A DNA stretch of 64,000 bases from Basidiobolus meristosporus CBS 931.73 (taxonomy: Eukaryota > Fungi > Basidiobolomycota): NCBI GenBank assembly GCA_002104905.1, contig MCFE01000268.1, positions 43,440-107,439 on the forward strand, written 5' to 3'. Shown here one piece after another: positions 36,225 through 48,670 of this stretch (position 1 is its first letter; each line of letters begins with the position of its first letter). The position numbers and the translations under genes were made by a program. The notes beneath the pieces are model-generated. The model was given only the letters and a program-made list of their open reading frames with translations. It was not told the DNA's origin and made no database searches.

Positions 36225-36592
36225 TATTTTGACCTGACACTTAAATGTCTAAGGAAGATCAGTTTCTAGTAAAATCAATTAGCTTTGTATTTGGCATATC
36301 AGTATATCAATATTATCTATCAAATTGTAGTGTTTGTCAGCAGATGAATCAGCAGATCCTCAACAGACAGATATAGGTATCTCATGTAAGATATAATCAA
36401 GTGATAATGATGCAATCAAATGAGTCATCAGCCACAACCTACATTAGCAAATACAATTAATCAGCAAATGATCCGGCAAAATGTATATAAGGAGTTGCTG
36501 AAATCTCAATAAGGATCAGTTCAAGGCTTAGTGAATTTAATACTAGCTAGACTCGCTTTTCCTTTACAACTTGTGTATCAAGACTTTTAACA
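36225..36592 (+). repeat. Gypsy A 3' LTR
   Basis: Alignable to the B LTRs with more substitutions; ends CAAGACTTTTAACA. Confidence 0.85.
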
Positions 36593-37084
36593 GATTGTAG
36601 ATATCCTTCTGATCTAGGCATAGCTCTCTTGCACTGATATCCTTGTTACAGTGCTCAGATCTTCCATTTGTATCTTGATAGACTTGATCTAGTATCACTG
36701 AGTATTAACCTATTGGTAGCTATATATAAAGGCCTTATTCTAAGCAGGATATGTATGGTTACATATGTGCTATTGCACTCCCCTACAAAAATTATGCAAT
36801 GATCACATTGAACAGCTGTCACAAAGTTAAAGTCCTGTGACTAAGAGGTACTGATATTGTCAGGACATGGTCTAGAGACCATTGAAAAATAATTGCACCT
36901 CAGATTTCACCAAAAACTTGGTCAAAATATTTTGTCACAACAATGTATAAGTGGCTTTTGATTGGTTCCCTGCCAATTTGCTCACTTTCTGATCCTAGAC
37001 ACTCTATTGCCTCCTACATTTGTGGGAATTGATTGGCTGTTGCCACTTTTTCACACTCCTTACTTCCTGACTCAACTGTTTCTC

Positions 37085-39054
37085 TTACTTTTCATGTATA
37101 CAAGTAGATTTATTTCTATAAAACTCCAGTTGTACCTCAATTGCCAATTGTATTGACCTATACAAGTCTCTATACTCTACAGTAACATTAAGTCCAACCC
37201 CGCACTCAACAAGTGGCTCAAATAAAATCCACCACTCAATAAGTATTTCTGCTGTAATGTTCTGGTTCCACAACTTTGGCAGGAACACAGTAGCTTTATG
37301 TCACTGTTCATTCACTGGTTCCCAAACTTCCAGGTCTTCAGCTGGCACTGGAAGGTCTAGCCCCTCATCTGCCAGTCTTTTGAGCTCTTGATGTTATTGC
37401 CTTGTCTGTCAGTGGGATCTTCACTCTGTCAACAATGGAGGCTGTGGAGGCTGTGGTAGACAAATTGTCTTTTCCAGCATACTCATCTACCTTGCTGGGG
37501 TGTAGCTCAACTGGCTGCACTTCCAACTGTTGTGAAAACAGCTGTTTTGCTGTTGGTATTTCTTCTTGGCTATGATTGAATTCAGTCTGTTCCTGGCTTG
37601 CGGCATTAATTGGTGAGAGCTGCTGTTTTTTGCATGCCTCCCTGTGTCAGGCTTGGGTAGACACTTTTCCCTTTACCTTTTCCTTAATCACTGCCAGGTC
37701 TTTCACTGCTACTTTGTCTGAGTGCTTCTGGTAAAGAACTACCTTTTCTCCTGGATAAATTCTGCTCTGATGTATCTGTTTTGGCCTGCTTGTTCCTTGC
37801 TGGCACTCTTCTGGCAACCTGACATTTTTTTTCAGCCTATTTTGAGCTCATAACCATAGTTGTGATGGGCTGCTGTAAAAGCAGCTGGTTTTTATCACTG
37901 CCAGGTCCTTCAATGCTAATTTGACTTGGTGCTTCTTGAGTGGTACTATGCTTTTTCCTTGATAAATGTAGTGCTGGTGCATCTATGTCTGCCTGCCTGT
38001 CCCTAATTGGCACTCCTCCTGCTGCCTGTCATCACTTTGATGCTTGTCTGGACCTTTTGTCCCTGCTTGTAACAGGCTCTTGAGGAAGCTGCTGGTTTTT
38101 AGCCATGGCACTCTTGTACTTCTGCCTTTGATAGTTTCTGCTATTCTTAAGATAATTTCTTAGCATACCAATGCTGGCCCAATATCCATTTGCCCATTTG
38201 AATTCAGGATAATGCTCATGGAACAAGTTGACTGCATTCTGCTTGGCCTTGAGTTCTGGATGGTCCTATGGTATGCTGGCCTTAAGGTGATGGCATGCTA
38301 GACTTCTGATGGTCTCTTGTATATTAGCCCACTCTTCATTAATGCACTCAACAGCTTTACAGATCTTCAATGTCTTTTGATCTTTAGGCTTTAGTATAAA
38401 CACCAAATTGTCTCTCTTGCATGCAGTGATAGGTTTTTCTGTGGGCTTTAGCTTTGGGCGCTGTTGTTGTGCTTCAAAGACTGCATGGTGTTCCTCTGCT
38501 GTTACACTGGGAATTGGCTCAATTCTTGGCTGCAACATTGAGCTACTTGAGTTCCATCTTTACAGCAAAGATACTGCTTTCTCTACCTGGGATATTGATT
38601 GCTCTACAGGTATTATCAGCTCATCCTGTTTCTGGACTATTTCCTGATTTCTCAGGGCCATTGCATCTATCCTATCAGCCATGGCACCTAATTGATTCAT
38701 TAATGCTTTGGTATGAGCTGACAACATACTTGCTTATATAGGTGGTGGTGATGTTATCATGGCCACTTGCTGATCTTCAACCAAGGGTACTGCGTTTGCA
38801 ACATTCTCATCTGCCTGAGCATAATGGTCAGCTTGTGGCTGTGCAAAGGTTCTCAATTGCCTACTTGACTGAGAGCCTAAGGAGTCCGCATTATTACCTT
38901 CAATGGGCACCCAGTCCACAGGGCCTTTTTTGAATGTAGCCCTGCTTGTTGTGCTGAATGTCAAAGCAAGCTGTTGTCCAACCATTCTTCTGTTGCCATC
39001 AGCGGTGGGGTTTAGTTGAGAACCAGACAACTTTGCTTTATTTTTTGGCAGCAT
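37085..39054 (-). pseudogene. Transposon accessory ORF of unknown function (MLPKNKAKLSG...HYPEFKWANGYWASIGMLRNYLKNSR...LVECGVGLNV..YRDLYRSIQLAIEVQL)
   Basis: Consecutive minus-strand ORF pieces 38734-39054, 38266-38538, 38032-38226 and 37085-37288 share homology with copies at 57099-57846, 51408-51830, 50387-50722, 24759-25750 and 1-200. Confidence 0.7.
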
Positions 39055-39276
39055 ATATATGGAAGTGAGTCAAACCAAAGGAGAAATAGTGTTGCATATA
39101 AGTGTGTATGAGGTGCCACAACTCTACTGATCATTCTTACTATGGCAGGTCATCATTGAATTTTACATTCATGTAGATGCAATGTTTCATGTACAAGACT
39201 TTCTTAAATTCACCTGAGTACTGACCAAAAAGAGATATAATAGTGTCACATTGTTGAAGGTCAACCTGTTTGCCCT

Positions 39277-42200
39277 ATGGACAAGACTACTTTGATGCAA
39301 TGCCGTAAGAGAAGAGAAAAAGACCATGTGGCTATTGTAGCAAGTCTCTCAGCCATGAAGAACACAGATAGCACAGTAAGTATTACAAGGATCACAGCCA
39401 GTGATTTGCCACCCAAGTCATATTTAACCATCCATTGGTCACTACTGTACCAACATTATCTTGCCGGCTAGTTGATACTTCTAAATCAGCACCTGGCTGT
39501 CTTTGTCACCTTGCGCAATCTGAGTTAGGTGGGTTTGTGACACCTTTAGGCTCACCTCAGCCTTCTGAATGTGGCATGCAGAGTGATAGCTCTGACAAAG
39601 AATGTTCACTGTTGGATTTTGAGCCTATCTTCCCTGATAACAGTACCATATATAAGCCCAGTCAAATCCCTATATACAATGAGACTACACATGTTGAAAC
39701 AAATGCAAAGGATACTTTATGGAGCCAAGTGAGCCCAGTAATCCATCTACTGGTTAATGATTTAATGTTGTGGCTAGAGAAGTGGTGCATATGCACTAAT
39801 ATCAGTAATGGGGGCTTTGAGGATTTATTACTACTTCTTGCCAAAATCATGCCAGGATGCAACTTACCACATACATGGTACAAGTGGACAAATGTCATGC
39901 AGCTAGCAACACATGATCCAGAGACTGTCCTGATTCCAGCATGTGTTAACAGTTTCATGGCCTTCACGTCCAAAAATGCTACCATTGCAACATGTCCAAA
40001 TTGTCAGGAATCTACCACCATTGAGGGAAAACATTGCTTACACTCCAGATATGTTCTGGTCCTACCCTGTCTGAGGAAGCTGATGCAGTCCAACAATTAT
40101 TGCAAAGCTATATAGTACCACACTCAGTATCAATCAAGCGCAAATATATCCAATATATTTAATGGCAAACATTACAAACAGCTAGGAAGCAAGGGCTACT
40201 TTGAAGGTATGTGTGACCATGCCTTTGCTTTAGCACTTGATGGATTCTCATTAAACAAGTACTTTATCAACAAATCCTGCTGGCCACTGATTCTCATCAA
40301 TCTGAATCTGCCACCCATCTTAGAGTATCAGAGCAATAATCTGATGGTAGTCTCACTGGTATCTGGGCCTAAATTACTGTCCAATCTGGATAGCTACATG
40401 TATCCATAGCTGGAAGAATTTTGTATGCTTTCTGGCTGGATAACCGTAAATGGCTGTCATATAAAAGCGCATATTCCTATCTGCATTGGAGATACCCCAG
40501 CAATCAGCAAGATAGCAGGTTTTCTGGGCACAGTGAGCGGTACTGCTGTCAAATGTGTGTGATCCAGGGGATTTATTCCATAACTCACACACATTATTAT
40601 TACCCAAACACAAGCACTAAGAACATCATCTTTCCACAGAGAGAACATACTGAAGTAAGCATGCAATTGCAGCAAAGTTAGCAAGCTATAAGCCATTGGC
40701 CAGAACATAGAATCATTGGAAACCAGAGATACTTAAGATAGAGGGTATCTGTTGGAGCAAAAGCTTTCTACTAGGAGCAATGCACATGCTTTTCAAACAA
40801 TATCCCTATACTGATGAACAAGTTGTACACGGGCATATCATGCTAAATGAGCCCTTTGAGATACCAGAGAATTGTGAAAGAATTGGCAAGACATTACAGA
40901 GTATCTGCTACCCTAAGTACTTTCTACAGGCTCTAATTAATATTCATATACATATGCAACAATACAAATGCAAAGACTGGATGAACTGGATATGTATTTA
41001 CTCAAGTGGTGTTCTGAAGCCATTCCTTCCAAGAGTACATTGGAAGCATTGGGAGTCATATGTGGACATTGTAGGAATATTTATCCAAAAGTGGATCACC
41101 AATGCCAACTTGACGCACCTACAGCTGTTGTATGCGGAGTTTGTGACGGGATTTCAGCGGCTACACTACAAACATAAAGCTGAATGCTGTGGTGGTGTAA
41201 AAGTCCAAGGCAGCAATATGTCCAACACTTCTCAGGTGTTTTGTGTGTGGGATGCTCACTGGGTGCAATAACCTCTGGCAAAAGCTTGCTGGGAATACTT
41301 GGATTCTATTTCTAATCTAATGTGATGGGAAATAATGCCAAAAGCTTGTCAAGGGAAAACTTTTGAGCAGCAATCCCCAACTTAGTTGGTGTCTTAACAA
41401 AAGTATGTGCTGGGTCCAGCATCCTTTGAGAGGACAATGTACTAAAGCTTCCAAAGTCAAAACAGCTGTAAACTCCACTAGCAGGGACTTGATAAGAATG
41501 CAGCTGTGATCAATAGTTACAAAGACAGAAAAGTATCTTTGCCTGTACAAGCACAAACTTGGGAAAGAATCAAATATAAATAAGGATACCTACTCCAAGT
41601 ATTCCTCACAAGTAGTGCCTTGAAGGTCAGTTGGCTGACAGTGCAGTTTCCTGGGAGTGTCCTGTGGTCTGAGGTTGGAAGCTCAGGTAGCAGCAGGTAG
41701 CAGTGATCACACTATTTGACAAGTTGGTATATTGATAAAAGGGATGATGATTTATTGTTGAAGGATAGCCTCTCTTATATAGTTTTCTCACTGGCTAAGT
41801 GATTACCAACCATGGTGTTCTAGAAGGTTCTGGAGATCAATAGAAATCTTAATGACATCAGTAAGTGCCAGAAGGTTCTAAGAGGCACAGCACATCCAAC
41901 CAAATAGGAATCAGTATTATGAAACCTGTGTAACATAGGGACATCATATGTGGTATGAAAATGGTAAGGATGGTGACGCAGGTTGATCATGTGTCATGGG
42001 TACTGGTGCAGGTACTTGCCTAATATAGAAGCACTTACGGCTAGTACTCTTACATAAAGTGAGGGATAACTTATGCAATAAGGTAAGCAGGTGTGATAGT
42101 CAACCATCCTATGGGATAGTACTGATCAGGTAAGACAAATGGGATAAAACTAAAATAAGTGTAGTAGAGATATAGGGAAGTAGAAAACATGGGAGTGAGC

Positions 42201-42917
42201 ACATCTGTTAGTGGGTGTCACTGTGACCCCACTACAACACATAGATCTCTGCTGCTACTGTATCTATTGTCTACTCCATCTTGCACAGTGTGGAGAATAC
42301 TGTGCCTTGCGTCACCTTTTGGGAGTTTCCTGTGGAGCAGATGTGTGGGCAGATAGGAAGACAAGTCAAGTTGCAGGAATTACCATATCCCAATCTCATC
42401 AAGAATATTACCTTCATGTCCATCATGGATGTGATGAGTTGGCACATGGGGGACAGCCAGATAGAGTTGAAAGATACTGGGGACAAATGTGTACATGGAG
42501 ACACCTATGCCTATGGCATTAAAAGTTAAGCAGCCCCAATGTGTGGGTAATCTGTCAAGTAATGCAAAGTTGGGTTGTGTGCAACAAGCAACTAATTTTT
42601 ATCAGGAGAACTCCACCAGGATATGCCGGACTTCTCATGGTCGCAAGCCAGCTTCTACACCATTCAATATGGAATTCACACAAACAAAAGCCAGAGCACA
42701 ACTATCAGGGGGACTAGAGTCCAGCAGGGAGAAGGAATATATTGGCTAAATACCTAGAAGTTCTTTGTTGATATTCAGGAAGTATTCATGGCAGAAGTAG
42801 CAACAACCAAACATATGTTTGCAAGATGTACATGTTACCAGCAGTGCAAGGTATATGGCAACTTTGCAAGTATCACACTAAAAAGCCGTAAAGTTGAGGT
42901 GATAGAAATATGTTAAT
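39277..42917 (+). pseudogene. Tnp2/Transposase_21-type transposase, interrupted by the solo LTR at 41188-42236
   Basis: IPACVNSFMAF..CPNCQE, ALALDGF..SCWPLILINLNLPP..LVSGPK..LDSYMYP, GDTPAISKIAGFSGH..CCQMC, KDWMNWICIYS..LP..HW..YV, LLHLA..GP..WEFPVEQMCG are motifs of fungal EnSpm transposases. The N-terminal piece MDKTTLMQCRKRR at 39277 is probable. Confidence 0.9.
41188..42236 (-). mobile_element. Solo LTR (1049 bp), second copy of the 28121-29191 family, inserted in the CACTA transposase
   Basis: ATGC|TGTGGTGG...CCCCACTACA|ACAC; collinear with the first copy and differing largely by CG>TG/CA changes plus a short deletion near 41860. Confidence 0.85.
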
Positions 42918-43500
42918 GGTGGCAGGTGTGCGTATTTTTAGAGGTTAGTAAGCAGGAGGCCATAGTTTTTTTTTGATTTGAGCTATGTGTGGAATACCCA
43001 AGGTAGTAGTGGGTAAGCAAATAAAGATAGGTAACTCTACAGTGGAATATATGAATTGCACAAGGGGAGGTAGAAAAGGGAAATACCATTTGGTAAATTG
43101 GTATGGTAGCATTATACAGAGCCAGAGGTAGGCCATCATACTGCCAAAATAATGCCTTCAGAGTCTTGCTCTGAGGCCGTCAAAATACCGTCAAGTTTCT
43201 TGCCATATAAGGCAATTGGATGTCCTGGCCAACTGGATCCACTTAAAATAGTTATAGAGTGTTAAAAGACTGCAACAATACCATGCAAATATTGTTGTAG
43301 CATTGATAAAATATTGTCAAGTTTTGTCCCTTTATTTGGCTGTAAAATTAGCAAAACACTGTCATGATATTGTTATAAGATTGTTAGGAGGGTCACTAAT
43401 TCCAAGCTGCTGTTATTATGATGGTCTCAAATGGGATCTTAATGGCTGATCCGGATCAGATCCACCCACCAGACCAAATTATTTTTCATAGGACTCATAC

Positions 43501-43713
43501 TAGACTTGTTCCATCATTCTAGCTGGTCATAGTGCCCAATAGTGCCATAGCATGCCAGATGGTGCCTGATCATGCCTCAGAGTGCCAGATGGTGCCATAC
43601 AGTGCCAATTTAGGATCAAAATTGACATGCATATGACCCTAAAATATCAAATTAATAACAAAATATACAGCACTCTCTGGCACTATGATCAATGGCACAA
43701 TGGTTCAAGTGTA
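43501..43713. mobile_element. Short MITE, inverted copy of 23784-23996
   Basis: TAGACTTGTTCCATCATTCTAGCTGGTCATAGTGCCC...GGCACAATGGTTCAAGTGTA; lies 6 bp from the CACTA right end. Confidence 0.85.
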
Positions 43714-43749
43714 CTATATAACCTGATCTGGCACTTTCCATTGCATAAT

Positions 43750-45620
43750 CATACCATCAAAGTTGTCATAGGCTACTGTTACTTTTGATAAAATATTCCA
43801 ACATAAAGCTTGACTTACGGTGAAAATAGACAAGCCCATGATTTTTGGCACTCATTTAACTCTTTGGTTGGCCCTTGGTACCATTTCTTTAGCTGCAACC
43901 TCAATTGAGTTGACTTCATTGTTCACAACAATGATGTTGTTGCCTATGTGTGTAGTTTATCTGGAACTTCTTTTCTGCTTTTGCAAGCAACAACACTATT
44001 TTATCCCTGTGTGATAGGACTGCTCAATCATATCTAGTGTGCTTGATGATTCAAATCAGGCTTGGGTTCCACCTAGCTCCATCTAGACACTTACAACTTA
44101 TTTGTAGAGATTCTTTGCTCCATATTTGGTTTTGAAGATGCTGATTGCAGGATTTTACTGATCAATTTAGATTCAGATCATGCAGGCAGCATATTCACAG
44201 TTGATCAGATACCCTAGAGTGCTTAGGAACCTTCTGTTTGTAGAACACTTCTGGTCTGAGATATTTAATCACATTGGTCATCCATTTAGTCCTGACATAA
44301 CTTGACAAAGGTTTGATCAAATTGGATTCAATATACTTCTTTAAAAAGCTATTTGTCTCAACATCTTGCTAGCAGATACTATTACTGCAGAGTGGCTCAT
44401 AGCTGGGCACTGCAAATAAATATTTATGATCATAATAGCAAGATTAATATCTGATCCATATTGATATACATGAACACCAATCATTGTATGTGTAGTGATA
44501 TTGGTACTAGAGTAGGGCAACTACTACATTCCTCAATAGTACTCTATATGCATTATATTCTATATATAGAGACTGTGTGCCTATATTTTGGTCAGGATTT
44601 TTGGTAGCACTTTTTCTGATAACTGTAAAATTCCATGTTCATATATATATAGATGTATCTCCTCCCACTGTTAATGATACTTAATGTAGACATGTAGCTT
44701 GACTCAACAGTGTATCACAGAGTGTCAGTATTACTGCTACTAGTATTAGTAACACTGATATTTCATGCACATCACTCCAATGTTGGCATTTTTGAGATCA
44801 CTGATCTTTTGCCAAATATGTCAGTATATTATATCGCTCTGATCATCACAATATGGGTAAGCTGATCTATGTATCCCTCTACATATTTAACTCCAGACTA
44901 TGATGGCAGGCCAATTTTGCCATAGTAATTGTTGATTAAATGTATATTTAATGTACATTGTGGCTAATGAGTCATTTGAATGCATCATCATCACCCAGTT
45001 AGATCCTACTTAGCATATCTATTTTGGTCTGATAAGGATCTCTTGATTCTTCTGCTGACTAACACTACTGATTTGATAGCTAGCACTGATGTATTGACAG
45101 GCTGAACATAAAACTAATTGATTTAACTAAGAACTGCTCAAACATAAACATCTAAGCAGTATATCATAACAGCTAGACAAGACATATATAGGCAATCATC
45201 AGCAACCCCAGTGCCAGAGTATCCTGCCTGCCACTGATACTTCCAAATCATTGATTTTACACTCTTTGACTCAAATTTCAATTGTTATGTGTTTTGGGCA
45301 TTTGCTGTCCTACCAGAGGTTCATATGTGCTCTTCATTAAGCTTGTATCTATGCCATAGCTTTCATGAGGTAGTACTGCATAGCATCTGATATTACTGCT
45401 ACTTGTGAGATAAGCTGCAGCAGTAACAGATTCCACTCATTAGTTGCGGAAGGTTTTTTTGGCATATATATCAAAAGTCTTGCAATCTGATAAATGATCC
45501 AGTTCAGCATTCTGACATCCCTTTGGCAGTAAACAGCTAGGTGTAGAGGTCTCTTGCAATGTGCCATAAAGTTTGCCAAGGTGCATGAGGAGTCAAGTGG
45601 TTTATTTTTACCATTATCTT
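43750..45620 (-). mobile_element. Very decayed copia-like pol remnant
   Basis: Minus-strand traces VESVTAAAYL (AEAV.TAAYL of integrase, ~45420) and weak RT/RNase H similarity lower down; mostly unreadable. Confidence 0.3.
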
Positions 45621-45989
45621 ATAGTATTTTCTTGATTCTTTTACCTGCTTCACAATTCAATGTATTTATAGTATAATTGAGCCCTTATATAGCTTCTCCC
45701 TTTCTCTATATAACTACATGTGTCTTATCCAGGTTGCAATAGTTTTAGAGACTCTGGAAGTAACAAAGTGAGCACATAAATTCTGTGGATTACACTTGAA
45801 TACTTAGTGAATGCAATAGTAGCACTGATACTTATGCAAGATCTTGTCCAATCACAAAGCCACTATGATACCAGTAGCCTGAGCTTTTAACACTCTTTAC
45901 AATATTGTAGCAGAACTAGGAGAGTGTTTGGCTGTCTTTTGTGCCAGATACAGTGGTAATGATGATTATGTTATGACACACTGATGACC

Positions 45990-48190
45990 ATTGTATGCCT
46001 TACAAATACATGCATATAGCTGCCTAACTTTGTGACTCAAGTCATTACCTTGGAATCTTGGAGTGCTACTAACTGATCATATGTTAGCATCTATCCAGAG
46101 TAATTTTACCATACATCAGAAATCCACAGAATTTGATTCAATATAGCCCCAAGCTTTGTGCACATACTCTTGGGATCTTCCTAAATATGTCTCATGTGTT
46201 TGCCTTACCAAGATCAAGTGGAAGCTTGAGTATTATTTTATGTTCATGCAGACAACACATAATCAACTTTCTCTTCCAACCACTCTTGATATCTCCAAAT
46301 TTCTTGCAACAGTTTGTGGGATACAAGCTGTGACTCTCTGGAGGATCCATTACTGTAGCTACTGGAGCTCCCCCATTTGCTGAAAACTAAGATAGATCTA
46401 ACTACATATTCTGGCAGGCAAAGGTGAAAATGCTGTTACAGGAAAGATGCCACAGGATAACTCTTATGAGAGGATAATGCTTACCTAAAGCTGTATGAGA
46501 AGTAGCCTTGAAGTAACATTATGAGCTACCTATAGCTCCTTTTACCTTGATATTACAGACATATTGCTTAGTTGATGCACCCAACAAAGCACAGTGATAA
46601 GCATCTAGATGGCAATAGCAAGTACTCACTAGCTATTTCAGCTGCTAACAAGATATCTCTTAGACAAAAGGTCTTGACTTTAAAGCTGCCCCCAAAAACT
46701 AAATTGAATTCTATTCACTAAATAAAGCTTTATATTGATGAGATTGAATCTACTGGGGTACAAGCTACTGATATATTTACAACAATCACATACTTCAGTA
46801 GCTGGAAAGATTGATTTCAGGGTATTGTATTAGCCCTGGAGTTTACAAGTGAGTACTCTGATCTATGTCACAATAATGTAAGACTCCTGATGAGGAATTA
46901 AGAGTATTAAGTGTCTGCAAGGCCCCAGCGCATGAACTTTGCTTTAGCTTTGACAGCTCTGGATGAGTTATGGCAGAAAAATATGGTGACCAATTTGCTT
47001 TGGGTATCAAACATCAGAATATATACAAGCTGATTTTCAGTCTGTCATATCTGAAAGTCAATATAAGTAATTTAAAGGCAGGAGCATCATTGCACTGAGA
47101 TGTGCAACTTGGCTGGGCTCAAGAGAGTTGGTCACTTCAGTTTTTATTACTTGAGTATAATGATAAGAAGTGAGAAAGCTTCCAGAAAATAAATTGCCCC
47201 CAGCTAGTCAGAGACACTTCAGAGCTTGAATACTTGGGAGATACACCAGTCATCTGTTGGAGAACTCTGGGCTAATCAAAGCTAAGAGTAAATTTAAGCT
47301 ATTTCACTCAGATCTAAATGGACATATGTAAAGTTTATCCTTTGACCTGGTTAAGAGAAAGCAGCTAAAGTATTCATAGCACCTGCTCCAACAATAGTAG
47401 TGTATTATATCTTCAAACTTGTCATCCTCTCTAACACAATTTGCCATATAAAGTAAGAGAATCATATGTCATATCTCCATAGCAAATTAAAGCTTAAGAA
47501 TGTACAAGTAGCTCAATAGCCTATATATAAAGATTTTTACCATATGAGTAAGAATCATACCTTGAACTCTGGGCAGAAATAGTTGCTCCTGCTGCATATT
47601 GTGCAACAGGAGTTCTTTGCATTCTACTCCATGCAAGGAATGGCATGAATACCAGTCTGGTGCATGGCCCATACAGGTACTAGTTACATGGCATATGCCA
47701 GGAAGCAGCTGAAGCTGCTTAAAAATGCATGGAAATCAATCAAGATTTGAGTCAAAAAGTGGAGATGCATATTGTTGAGCTACAGTAGTGAGAATAAGGC
47801 AGGGGTATGATTTTGTATCAAGGTTACAATTTTCACAAAACATGCCATCAAAGAACCACAATCAGCAGCCTGCCAGTCCACCAATTGCCATGAATAAGTC
47901 AGAGCAAAGCGATGGATATCATTTCACTAGTGAGAGCTATACACTAATAATTCAGCCATGATTAGCTACCAGAAGGTATCCAGTAGTGCACATTCTGGTA
48001 CAATAAGGTATAAGGTCCAAGCTTATCAGAGGTAGCCTTCAATTCATTATTCATGGGTATTGAAACCTAGTCTATGCACATTCAGTCTATAGTGATCAGA
48101 CCCTGTCATTAGAAGGAGTCCTTATTAACCCTTACAACCAATTTTGGAAATCTTTAATGACTGGGTAATAACAGGCTTAATTGGCCCATG
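45990..48190 (+). mobile_element. Ancient copy of the same copia family (LTR ~45990-46310, gag, internal deletion, integrase to the start of RT)
   Basis: Alignable by eye to 16000-18800: DRSNYIFWQAKVKMLLQER, FQGIVLALE..RLL.EELR, CTCTGGGCTAATCAAAGCTAAG..TTCACTCAGATCT, TTTGAGTCAAAAAGTG, CAGTCCACCAATTG. Lacks the zinc-knuckle/protease segment. Confidence 0.7.
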
Positions 48191-48359
48191 CATCTGCTTG
48201 TCATTCAAATTCTAGAGCCCCAAGATGCTTAGCAGCCTGTAGGATAGCTTACTGCTTTACTAGTTTAATATTGTTCTACCAACATACCAAATGGTGTTTC
48301 ATGCTTCACATCCACTTATGCCATATGTGTATACCTAATAAGCTCATCAGGAATGGATA

Positions 48360-48670
48360 AAGGTAGCCATCCAAGTTAGATGGGGATTTAGGATCAGACA
48401 CTAGTGTGTCTACCATGAGATTTCTGCTCTAATATTGTAGGATTAGTGGTATATTCAGGTTGATGTGAATCAGTGACCAACAGGACATGCTGGTAGAGTA
48501 CTTAATGATATATGAAGAGAATCTATTAAGGGCCAAAGCAAAGGCATCATCATACAAGTGTTCAGAGTAGCACTGGCTTCTTAGTTGCTTGTAATGTTTG
48601 CTAGCAAGTATCTCAGGAATATTGGTGCTTGATTGATACTGTGTGCAGTACTTTTCAGCTTGACAGTACC
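48360..48670 (-). mobile_element. CACTA transposase fragment
   Basis: KYCTQYQSSTNI..KHYKQLRS..AFALALNRFS..SCWSLIHINLNIPLILQY is homologous to 40100-40330. Confidence 0.75.

Larger units (their letters stand above)
25723..36592 (+). mobile_element. Ty3/gypsy element A (older, outer copy): 5'-truncated LTR 25723-25907, gag start 25908-26171, interrupted by element B, resumes 32191-36224, 3' LTR 36225-36592
   Basis: LTR end GACTTGTAACA plus PBS TGGTAGCAGC. Gag breaks at CCAGATTGAGG and resumes GAAGTAACTTTCAAG (I-E-V-T-F-K vs I-E-E-V-F-K in B). RT motif YLDDILIYS at ~33800; PPT AGTAGGGAAGAA before 36225. Confidence 0.88.
36780..43494 (+). mobile_element. CMC/CACTA (EnSpm-like, Tnp2) DNA transposon, complete between TIRs (~5.7 kb without the nested LTR), two divergent genes, inactivated
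   Basis: Left TIR CCCCTACAAAAATTATG at 36780; right end reverse complement GTCCTATGAAAAATAATTTG at 43494; contains a Tnp2-type transposase and an accessory ORF. Confidence 0.85.

Noticed and set aside
36777-43497. 2-3 bp TSD for the complete CACTA element
   Set aside because: The right terminus is mutated (GGAC instead of GGGG), so the exact boundary and TSD are ambiguous.
46900-47200. Possible LINE RT motifs (CKAP.., QLGWAQES..)
   Set aside because: The nucleotide sequence aligns collinearly with the copia protease-to-integrase linker at 17400-17800, so it is decayed copia.
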